Shown: piece after piece, positions 9,201-15,981 of the stretch | Layout: each line of letters opens with the position of its first letter | Numbering within the stretch: position 1 is the stretch's first letter | Virus record (IMG/VR): IMGVR_UViG_3300024279_000009 | Coordinates: 1-63,449 of that record | DNA: 63,449 bases | Direction: 5' to 3' (one strand) | Source of the DNA: a virus | Taxonomy: Duplodnaviria > Caudoviricetes | Made by a program: the position numbers and the translations under genes | Notes under the pieces: generated by a model | Told to the model about the DNA's origin: nothing | Seen by the model: the letters and a program-made list of their open reading frames with translations, nothing else | Databases searched by the model: none

Positions 9201-9691
9201 TGCAACTGACAGAGCACTTCTCTAAGGAGGAGTTCGAGCGGCACGGCCCTGTACCGCAAGAGTCACTTCCCTTGCTGACGGTGTTCTGCCAAATCATCCT
9301 TGAGCCGATCCGCGACAAGTGGGGATCGCTGACCATCACTAGCGGCTATCGGCCCCCGGAACAGAACGCGGCGACTGGTGGAGTAAAGAACAGCTATCAC
9401 CAGTATGATGCAGAGCATGTAGCCGCCGACATCATGCCGTCGCTGCCGGCTCGTCCTCTTGATCTGGTATTCGACTGGATTAGGAAAGAGAGCGGGCTGC
9501 CATTCGACAAGGTGATTCTCGAATGCGACAAAGCCACGGGAGAGCCCGCATGTATCCACCTTCAATACAAAGACTCTCCGCGGCGCCAAGCGTTCACAGG
9601 ACAGACGCATGGGACAGGCGCATACACACAGGTAGCGGTCGGGCCCGGTCTATCCCCTAATACTGGACTCATGGAGGCCGCTGGCAAGTGA
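9200..9691 (+). CDS. Endolysin, peptidase M15A family
   Basis: MQLTEHFSKEEF, ITSGYR..N...GG..NSYH...AADI and IHLQY zinc-peptidase motifs. Confidence 0.9.
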   Translation: MQLTEHFSKEEFERHGPVPQESLPLLTVFCQIILEPIRDKWGSLTITSGYRPPEQNAATGGVKNSYHQYDAEHVAADIMPSLPARPLDLVFDWIRKESGLPFDKVILECDKATGEPACIHLQYKDSPRRQAFTGQTHGTGAYTQVAVGPGLSPNTGLMEAAGK

Positions 9692-10059
9692 GGCTGCTGG
9701 CTCTCCTGCTGTTCTCCGCTGTTCTCACTTCCCAGGATGCTGATGTTGTAGCGATGAACGATGCGGACAGGGACAGGACCAAAGCGGCCTACGAGAGACT
9801 GGCTGTTGCCCTAAAGGAATTGGGGGCCGTTCACGATGACAACCTGGACAAGTACATCATCGTCCCCTGCATCCTTGACCAGACGCACAAGAACCCGCTA
9901 GCCAGCAATCCGGCTGGAGCCCCAGGAAAGAACAAGTGCTACCTGATCGGCTACGAAAGCGGCTCATTCCGTTATTCCCGAGACTTCAGCCACATCCTAC
10001 CGGATACCAAGCCACTTGCTGATGGGCCGCACAATTGTTGGGGTGTTCGCGCAAAGTAA
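9688..10059 (+). CDS. Secreted hypothetical protein
   Basis: Signal peptide MRLLALLLFSAVLTS-Q. Confidence 0.65.
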   Translation: MRLLALLLFSAVLTSQDADVVAMNDADRDRTKAAYERLAVALKELGAVHDDNLDKYIIVPCILDQTHKNPLASNPAGAPGKNKCYLIGYESGSFRYSRDFSHILPDTKPLADGPHNCWGVRAK

Positions 10060-10117
10060 AAATGCCCGCTCCGTGAGTGAGGTCCGCATTGAGACTCACC
10101 CTCCCCGGAACGGGCAT
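10058..10117 (-). terminator. Hairpin terminator between convergent genes
   Basis: ATGCCCG...CGGGCAT stem with inner GTGAGT/ACTCAC; followed by a T run on the minus strand. Confidence 0.55.
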
Positions 10118-10147
10118 AGCACGGCTATTCTTGCGTTACCGTAGGTC

Positions 10148-10441
10148 TTAGGCTGTGACTGCGGGCGGGATCGGGTTCGCGGGATCTTGGCCCAGTTGGT
10201 TCAGCTTGTCAACTTCAGCCTGCAACTTCGCTTTGTCGTCAGCCGATAGCGAACTGGCGTCAATCAGCTTCTGGATCCGGGCGGCAATCTTGTCAGTCGC
10301 GGCGTCAACCGCGGCAATGAAAGTAGTGAGTTCTTGGGACATGGTGTGAATCTCCTGTGTGAGTTTGGTTAGAGCTTGCTCGATTCGTTCGAGACGCCGG
10401 GAGACTTCAATGTCTCCGTGGATGTGGACGTGAATGTCCAT
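10148..10441 (-). CDS. Coiled-coil protein in the lysis region
   Basis: MDIHVHIH..., heptad pattern, Pro-rich end. Confidence 0.75.
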   Translation of the reverse strand: MDIHVHIHGDIEVSRRLERIEQALTKLTQEIHTMSQELTTFIAAVDAATDKIAARIQKLIDASSLSADDKAKLQAEVDKLNQLGQDPANPIPPAVTA

Positions 10442-10555
10442 TAGGGAAAAGCCTCACCTAAAACTGTAGCACGCCGGCGCGCTGGCACTGTTCTGTTTTG
10501 ACCTACCGCTGCGAAGGATTGGTGTTAGCTTTAGGTCTTAGGGAGAAACACACCA

Positions 10556-10718
10556 ATGGTAATCTATCTCTCGTTGCTCGTTGCGCTTCTGGGCGTGCTG
10601 GCCTATGCCCTTTCCGCAAATGCCAAAGTTCAAGAGATCGGCCGCATCGCCTATTTTTCCGGCTTGCTGGCTTTCCTGATTCGCCCTGGCCGAACTGCCG
10701 CGAGTCGTTGGCGGGTAA
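10556..10718 (+). CDS. Small two-TM membrane protein, apparently with a +1 frameshift at 10679 (frame 0 runs on to 10882)
   Basis: GGAG site and two hydrophobic helices. The +1 frame supplies FALAELPRVVGG-stop just before the next promoter. Confidence 0.5.
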
Positions 10719-10726
10719 ATCGCGTA

Positions 10727-10754
10727 TTGTCTTTTGGTTCCTTCGTAGTACAAT
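10727..10754 (+). promoter_or_regulatory. Sigma70-like promoter, leaderless
   Basis: TTGTCT-16-TACAAT, with ATG 6 nt downstream. Confidence 0.55.
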
Positions 10755-10760
10755 GCGCCA

Positions 10761-11072
10761 ATGAGCCATGCGCCACTACCGGACCAGATTGCTCAATGGA
10801 GGGACTTGGCGTGGCATCTGACGCTGCGCGCCGTTTTCTTCTGCACAGCAGCTCTCCGAGTGCTTCCCCTTCCCAAGACTGATCCGCAGGAGGCGCCGTG
10901 GCCGCTGAACGCCATCTCTGAGGATCTGATGGAGGTGATCGCGCCGGCTCTCGGCAGATTTTTGAACAGCAAGGGTTATCAGGTGTTTTACGGGATCGTG
11001 CATACGATCGGCGCTTTCACTCCGCGGCACAAGCGGGCCGGCGATCTACCGGCTGCGACACCTAAACCGTAA
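10761..11072 (+). CDS. Hypothetical, possibly holin-like protein
   Basis: ORF coupled to the next gene; moderately hydrophobic; lysis context. Confidence 0.6.
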   Translation: MSHAPLPDQIAQWRDLAWHLTLRAVFFCTAALRVLPLPKTDPQEAPWPLNAISEDLMEVIAPALGRFLNSKGYQVFYGIVHTIGAFTPRHKRAGDLPAATPKP

Positions 11073-11431
11073 TGGACGAAACCACACGGGAACAAACGCC
11101 ACGAGGGCCCAACCGACGCGCCAACGATGAGATCCTGGCCGATCTTCTGAAAGTCACTGGCATGGTTGGCGAGATGATCAAAGAGCGCCAAGAAGTTGTA
11201 GACAAGATGGCTCGAAAGGTAGACCGCATCCATGATGCGCTTTATGTCGGCAACGGTCGGCCAGGGCTAATGACGGAAGTGGAAGTCCTGAAGCGAGACA
11301 TGCAGGCGATCAAGGCGACAGTTCCTGTGCCTACCAGCACTTCAGTATGGATCAATGGAATAATCCTAGCCCTTGGTGTGGCTGTAGCGGCTTGGGCTGT
11401 GTGGTTTGCCGCGCATCCGGTAAAGCCGTGA
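11072..11431 (+). CDS. Coiled-coil protein with C-terminal TM helix (lysis-associated)
   Basis: LYVGNGRPGLMTEVEVL then WINGIILALGVAVAAWAVWFA. Confidence 0.7.
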   Translation: MDETTREQTPRGPNRRANDEILADLLKVTGMVGEMIKERQEVVDKMARKVDRIHDALYVGNGRPGLMTEVEVLKRDMQAIKATVPVPTSTSVWINGIILALGVAVAAWAVWFAAHPVKP

Positions 11432-11434
11432 AGG

Positions 11435-11478
11435 TGGGCGAGCTTAACGTACTCGCCCATGCCCAGGTTGCGCCTGGG
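11435..11478. terminator. Tandem hairpins between convergent transcription units
   Basis: TGGGCGAG/CTCGCCCA and CCCAGG/CCTGGG stems. Confidence 0.5.
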
Positions 11479-11512
11479 AACGTTTGCGCGGCGTAGAGGA
11501 CACCGCGAAAGT

Positions 11513-11926
11513 CTAGGCGTTCAGTTTGTAGACTCGGCACGGCACATTGACCCGTACGCCGTTATGCGCCTCTGCGTAATCGTGCGAGAAAAACCAGCAA
11601 GAGCCAATGCGAGTATCGGCGGTCAGTTCTAGGCGATCCCTCGACACGCCGGGATCTAACGAGCCGCTAAAGCTCATGTATCCATCGCGGCTCAGGTGAA
11701 ACGATACATCACCAGAGCACGGGTGACCGCTTGGTACAGTGGTCTGTATCGTGTCACCCCAATCATGGGTCAATCGAAGCAGGCCCTTGGGAGTCTCTAG
11801 GAAATCTCCAACACGGGGACCTTGGCGCTTGTCCCATTCCCTGATACGCTGCGCCAGTAGTTCGGCGTCTGTTTCGTCCATCGCGTAGGGCTTGCCGTAA
11901 ACACGCTCAAATGAGGCTTTGTGCAT
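11513..11926 (-). CDS. Conserved phage/plasmid protein (DUF4121-like)
   Basis: GPRVGDF, THDW, SFSGSLDPG and WFFSHD..AHNGV motifs; AGGAG site. Confidence 0.7.
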   Translation of the reverse strand: MHKASFERVYGKPYAMDETDAELLAQRIREWDKRQGPRVGDFLETPKGLLRLTHDWGDTIQTTVPSGHPCSGDVSFHLSRDGYMSFSGSLDPGVSRDRLELTADTRIGSCWFFSHDYAEAHNGVRVNVPCRVYKLNA

Positions 11927-11982
11927 GATCTTTTCTCCTGTCTGTTGCTCAGACTTGGTTAAGCTGGCACGGCCAGCGGTGG

Positions 11983-12135
11983 TTAGCTAACGATCTCGAA
12001 ACGGGTGATGTAATCCTTGTCTGGCTTATCGCGGACCACCAGAGACTCCGCCTCTGCCTCATCACGGGCATTGACCATCACGGCGTATTCGTCGCGTGCT
12101 TCGTCGTCGTAGATCCAAACTCGATAAGTCTTCAT
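11983..12135 (-). CDS. Small hypothetical protein (50 aa; absent from the ORF track)
   Basis: AGGAGAAGGA leader; MKTYRVWIYDDEARDEYAVMVNARDEAEAE... Confidence 0.7.
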   Translation of the reverse strand: MKTYRVWIYDDEARDEYAVMVNARDEAEAESLVVRDKPDKDYITRFEIVS

Positions 12136-12169
12136 ATTCCTTCTCCTTGGTTAAGCGCTCAGCGCGGGG

Positions 12170-12340
12170 TTAGGCTAGGGTCCAATTGCCAACAGTGTTA
12201 CCGCAGATGTCACGTACTGTTCCTTGAGCCTCGTCCGGCTCGTTCATGGCCTGCTTGACTGCTTCCACGGCGCAGCGCTCCACTTCTGCGCGGTAGGCCA
12301 TTGCCTCATTGTCGAGGTCTAATCTAATCGTTAGCGTCAT
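12170..12340 (-). CDS. Small hypothetical protein
   Basis: AGGAG site; MTLTIRLDLDNEAM...RDICGNTVGNW. Confidence 0.7.
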   Translation of the reverse strand: MTLTIRLDLDNEAMAYRAEVERCAVEAVKQAMNEPDEAQGTVRDICGNTVGNWTLA

Positions 12341-12436
12341 ATTGCTCCTTTGGGTTACTTGCACTTGGTAAAGCTAGGCGGCGACCGCCACGGGCTAGCC
12401 TCGCCGCTGGCCTGGAACAATCCGTGGTGAACCTTG

Positions 12437-12595
12437 TTACTCCGCCAGCAATTCGGCCTGCTGAGCGGCGAGATACTTGGTGATGCGAACGAGCTTGTCA
12501 TGCGCGGGGGGATTCTTAAAGACCAGTTGGCCACGGGCGCTCATGATGATTGCTTGCGCTTCGGTGATTCCATCGCTGATTGCTACTGTGCTCAT
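12437..12595 (-). CDS. Small hypothetical protein (alternative start 12625)
   Basis: AGGAG site before MSTVAISDG. Confidence 0.6.
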   Translation of the reverse strand: MSTVAISDGITEAQAIIMSARGQLVFKNPPAHDKLVRITKYLAAQQAELLAE

Positions 12596-12613
12596 ACCTT
12601 GCTCCTTGGTGTT

Positions 12614-12851
12614 GGTGTGGGTCATGTTACTTGCCTCTTTTGGCGACACATTCAGCGCATGGAACATAGCGTATTCCCGTCACGTTCGATACCCACGGGT
12701 TAGCCTTATCGCGCCACATAAGATCATAGGCCGTGACAGGCGCTCCACAGAAAGTCTCTGGCGTGCGGATCGTCTTATCTCGATACCACTGGTTACCCTT
12801 GAGTGGCGCTAGGCGTTGGCGGATATGTACGGTGTGGGTCATGTTACTTGC
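12614..12851. repeat. 21-bp direct repeats GGTGTGGGTCATGTTACTTGC at 12614-12634 and 12831-12851
   Basis: Exact match read from the sequence. Confidence 0.9.
12627..12842 (-). CDS. Small Cys/His protein bounded by 21-bp direct repeats
   Basis: H..TFCG...CAEC; start lies within the repeat. Confidence 0.65.
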   Translation of the reverse strand: MTHTVHIRQRLAPLKGNQWYRDKTIRTPETFCGAPVTAYDLMWRDKANPWVSNVTGIRYVPCAECVAKRGK

Positions 12852-12926
12852 ACTTGGTTACGTGAGGGGCCCGCCGCGTACTAGCAGCCCCTCTTGCCTG
12901 TAGCGTACGCGGTGACATTTGCGCGA

Positions 12927-13211
12927 TCACGAAACCATCCTAGCATCGTCGCCTAATTCCGGCTGTTTTGCGGCCATCGGTAACGAAGAATCAATCGCTT
13001 GCGAGAAAATGCCTTTACTATCGTGTTTCAAAAGGTTCCACATTCCATGATTACGGCCACCACACGCGCAAGAGCAATCTGCGCCAATTGCTCCCATGCA
13101 ACGTGCATCACATGACCGCGTACGATGGCTTACGCCGGAGCTAGTGTGGCCGTAGGACGCACGGGCTCTAGTGGCGGGCCCGCAAGTAGGGGAAGTCAGG
13201 ATTAGGTCCAT
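12927..13211 (-). CDS. Cys-rich phage protein
   Basis: CDARCMGAIGADCSCACGGRNHG motif; GGAG site. Confidence 0.7.
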   Translation of the reverse strand: MDLILTSPTCGPATRARASYGHTSSGVSHRTRSCDARCMGAIGADCSCACGGRNHGMWNLLKHDSKGIFSQAIDSSLPMAAKQPELGDDARMVS

Positions 13212-13366
13212 AGCGTTCTTTGCTCCCCTTGAGACTCTACCGGCTCACGCGGGAATAGTCTTGGCTGTTCGGAGCGATGGCCGTTAGGACAAAGGTACAC
13301 GGTGCAATCCGCTAATTCGCGGACCTTGCAAGGCGTACCGCATACTGGGCAGGATGGCTTGCTCAT
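13202..13366 (-). CDS. Small zinc-ribbon protein (54 aa; absent from the ORF track)
   Basis: MSKPSCPVCG...LCPNGH; ATGA-coupled to the upstream gene. Confidence 0.6.
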   Translation of the reverse strand: MSKPSCPVCGTPCKVRELADCTVYLCPNGHRSEQPRLFPREPVESQGEQRTLWT

Positions 13367-13575
13367 GCGGCACCGCCGATCTTGACACCGTTCACTAAGG
13401 CGATATTATCGCGGTGCAGAGTGATCGCCTCGCCGCGTGGTCTAGCTACCCCATCGGACAGCTTTAGGCCCGTCTTGAATCGTAGCGGTATCTGAATGCG
13501 GCACCGCTCGAAGTCTTGCCGCGAAACATAGCAGGTTTCTCCATAAACCGTAGTGATTTTAAGTAGATCGTTCAT
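13363..13575 (-). CDS. Hypothetical protein
   Basis: ATGA-coupled at both ends. Confidence 0.6.
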   Translation of the reverse strand: MNDLLKITTVYGETCYVSRQDFERCRIQIPLRFKTGLKLSDGVARPRGEAITLHRDNIALVNGVKIGGAA

Positions 13576-14345
13576 GCCGCTCCCCTTTGCAGGGCCCACC
13601 ATGCCGGCGAGCCATAGGCGGGGGGTTCGGGTTTCTGTTCGACTACAGGCGATGCTTGCGCGATCACTGCCGGTACTGGCTCTTCCGGCTGTTCATCTTC
13701 GGAGAAAATCGCCAATTCCAAGCGCATAAGGCAATCGCGGAAGTTACCACGTGCATCCTTGACGATACGCTCTAGGTTAGGTTCCGGCCGGCCGACTGCC
13801 TCACGCTTCCAGATAAACGCGAGAGCTGTCGCCAAAACAGAGGCAGACGGCGGATCAAACGTCAGACAACGGCACCTGGACAGGAAACGGGGTTCCAGTC
13901 CCTGCGTAGTGTTGCACGTGAAAATGAAGATCGTCTGAGGGGGAAACTCCGTTGAATCCAGTTTGCTCAAGAACGCAGCTTGCGCGGCGTTTGACATTAG
14001 GTCCGCTTCGTCTACGATGACCACGTGAAAGCTGTTAGCGCCAAACATGGGCACGAACGCGCAAGCGTGGCAAACGTCTTCGACGCTGTCTAGGTTGCAA
14101 GACTTGCTTGCAATGTGGTGTACTTGCGCGCCAATGGCCGATGCGAAAGCGTAAGCCATCGTGGTCTTGCCAGTTCCGGCCGGCCCGACAAACAGCCATG
14201 CAGACTGGTAGGGACTCTCCGCAACCTTGGACAGAATGCCCTTGACGGCCCGGAGTCCCGCGAAGTCTTGAATCTTGGAGGCTTGGTACTTGGTGGTTAG
14301 GGGAGCCCTTCCAAGTGCTTCCTGCTGTTGCTCTTTCCTGTTCAT
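13572..14345 (-). CDS. Clamp-loader-family AAA+ ATPase (RFC small subunit/DnaX-like)
   Basis: GPAGTGKTT Walker A, VVIVDEADLM Walker B, FIFTCN sensor, LSRC arginine finger, GNFRD sensor II. Confidence 0.9.
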   Translation of the reverse strand: MNRKEQQQEALGRAPLTTKYQASKIQDFAGLRAVKGILSKVAESPYQSAWLFVGPAGTGKTTMAYAFASAIGAQVHHIASKSCNLDSVEDVCHACAFVPMFGANSFHVVIVDEADLMSNAAQAAFLSKLDSTEFPPQTIFIFTCNTTQGLEPRFLSRCRCLTFDPPSASVLATALAFIWKREAVGRPEPNLERIVKDARGNFRDCLMRLELAIFSEDEQPEEPVPAVIAQASPVVEQKPEPPAYGSPAWWALQRGAA

Positions 14346-14349
14346 GGCG

Positions 14350-14511
14350 TTAGTTCCCCCTCGTTTCCCTGTCGAGCCGATAGCCTTGCTTGCGGAGATA
14401 CTCCATCGCATGACAGAGCAAGCCGTGCGCTTTCCAGTCTGCCGTAGAGATCAAACCGCCATGCTCAATCATTTCCTGCCTGCAAACCTGTAAGATCATC
14501 ATTGGATTCAT
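14350..14511 (-). CDS. Small hypothetical protein (53 aa), first gene of the leftward unit
   Basis: AGGAG site; MNPMMILQVCRQEMIEHGG... Confidence 0.55.
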   Translation of the reverse strand: MNPMMILQVCRQEMIEHGGLISTADWKAHGLLCHAMEYLRKQGYRLDRETRGN

Positions 14512-14898
14512 CTTGTTTCTCCTGTTCTGTTGCTTCAGAACTTAACTACCAGCTCATCCTAAACCCAAATCCCCAGAATCCCTCAGATGTAACCTTTTGT
14601 AACATCCAAACGCCTGTAAGCTGTTGATAACACCCTCGAAGCACCAATATCGTGTGTGAAAATCTCCCAACATCCTTCCCGAGAGCCCTTGCTCCTCCAT
14701 AGAAACACAACACACTCCGTAAACCCTTGAAGTAACGCGCGTATAGGGTTTGCTTTCAGACGCTTACCCTGAGCCTCGCTCCACTCCAAACGCTCCAAAG
14801 GTATTAGTTAGAAGGCTTTACGTCTTTCGGCTCTCTTTTGAGTCAACGTCTGATAAAGCGCAGCGTCTGATAATACGCAGGGTTTGGCGACCTGGGCG

Positions 14899-14938
14899 AT
14901 ACTTTGAATTGACGCCCTCAATTCAAGTATGCTAGGAT
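14899..14938 (+). promoter_or_regulatory. Promoter overlapped by an inverted-repeat operator
   Basis: TTGAATTGA-cgccc-TCAATTCAA palindrome; TTGACG-18-TAGGAT; ATG 8 nt later. Confidence 0.6.
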
Positions 14939-14946
14939 TGCCAGCG

Positions 14947-15147
14947 ATGGCGAGCCAAGGTCAGCATGGGGGCAGGCGCCGCGGGGCTGGGCGGCCGGCA
15001 GCATTGCGGACTTGCCCAGTATGCCATCGCCCAGTATCCGGCAGGACCTTCCGCGATCACCTAGCGGTCTGTATGCGCGAACAGATACCAGCGCAACAGA
15101 GAACCCAAGGCGACGCCCAGGATCGCCAAGAGGAGTACTCCGAATGA
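14947..15147 (+). CDS. Small putative DNA-binding protein
   Basis: HGGRRRGAGRP motif plus CPVC...H...C zinc finger. Confidence 0.65.
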   Translation: MASQGQHGGRRRGAGRPAALRTCPVCHRPVSGRTFRDHLAVCMREQIPAQQRTQGDAQDRQEEYSE

Positions 15148-15413
15148 CGCGCAGTCTCGCCGGCAAGTCCCAAGCGCCTTACCCATCCCAAGTACTACCC
15201 GGGATCGAGTTGTCCGCACCAGGCGGTTCACTCGCTGGCTGTGACGCCATTTGCTCTTCCACAAAAAATAAAAAATGAGCCAGTTTGAAAAAAAACGAGT
15301 TTGGTCACTTGGCAGTGAGGAGAGGCCTGTTGGGTGGCTGAAGGGGGACAGGGGCCAGTTGACACTGGCGCACAACCCTGTCCCTTTGTCGGATTACTGA
15401 GGGGGGTTCCTGG

Positions 15414-15794
15414 ATGGCGGAGAAGACATTGGCGTTGCCGTTGAGTGGAGCAGAGGTAGTGGAGGCGATTTGCGAGCGGGTTAGGGTGGCTTTGAAGAAG
15501 GATTGCTTTTTGAGCGAGACGAGCGCTTACGATTGGTTTGAGGCGAGCGTTTCGGTGGGGATCCGGCTGCATGATTTGGGTCGGATTCCGAAGGTGGAGG
15601 TGGGGGTGGTGGTGGAGAAGGGGGCTTGGACGGGGGATGTGGAGGAGCGGATTGCTGGGGTGGAGATAGGGCGAGCGGCGCCGAATCAGGTACGGCTGGA
15701 GAACGGGTTGCCGGTACCGGTGTTGGCTACAGGGGCGGATGGGCGGAAGGAAATCAGGCGGGTGAAGTATCGGTTGCCAGTGGTGAAGGAATGA
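15414..15794 (+). CDS. Hypothetical protein encoded by strongly G-skewed DNA
   Basis: 126-aa ORF, ATGA-coupled to the next gene. Confidence 0.7.
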   Translation: MAEKTLALPLSGAEVVEAICERVRVALKKDCFLSETSAYDWFEASVSVGIRLHDLGRIPKVEVGVVVEKGAWTGDVEERIAGVEIGRAAPNQVRLENGLPVPVLATGADGRKEIRRVKYRLPVVKE

Positions 15795-15934
15795 CGCACG
15801 TTCTCAGGCCGGTGGATCCGCGGGAGCGTCAGAAGTGCGTGGAGTGTCCGGCTATTCGGGATTTGAGAAGGTTGGCAGATGGGCGGCTTTACTGCAAGAA
15901 GGTGAGGCTCGGGTTTGCGGCCGGCATCCGTTAG
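15791..15934 (+). CDS. Small Cys-containing protein
   Basis: MTHVLRP..CVEC...YCKK. Confidence 0.5.
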   Translation: MTHVLRPVDPRERQKCVECPAIRDLRRLADGRLYCKKVRLGFAAGIR

Positions 15935-15981
15935 GTCATCCGCGGCGTTCCAAGGATTGACGAAAGTGGTATAGTGCTTCC

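Noticed and set aside
11932-12860. Mini-CRISPR array
   Set aside because: Repeats are short, unequal and separated by 150-250 bp coding genes; no cas genes nearby.
15957-15975. TTGACG as the -35 of the fibre promoter
   Set aside because: Only 7 nt from TATAGT; an extended -10 with TTCCAA at 16 nt fits better.
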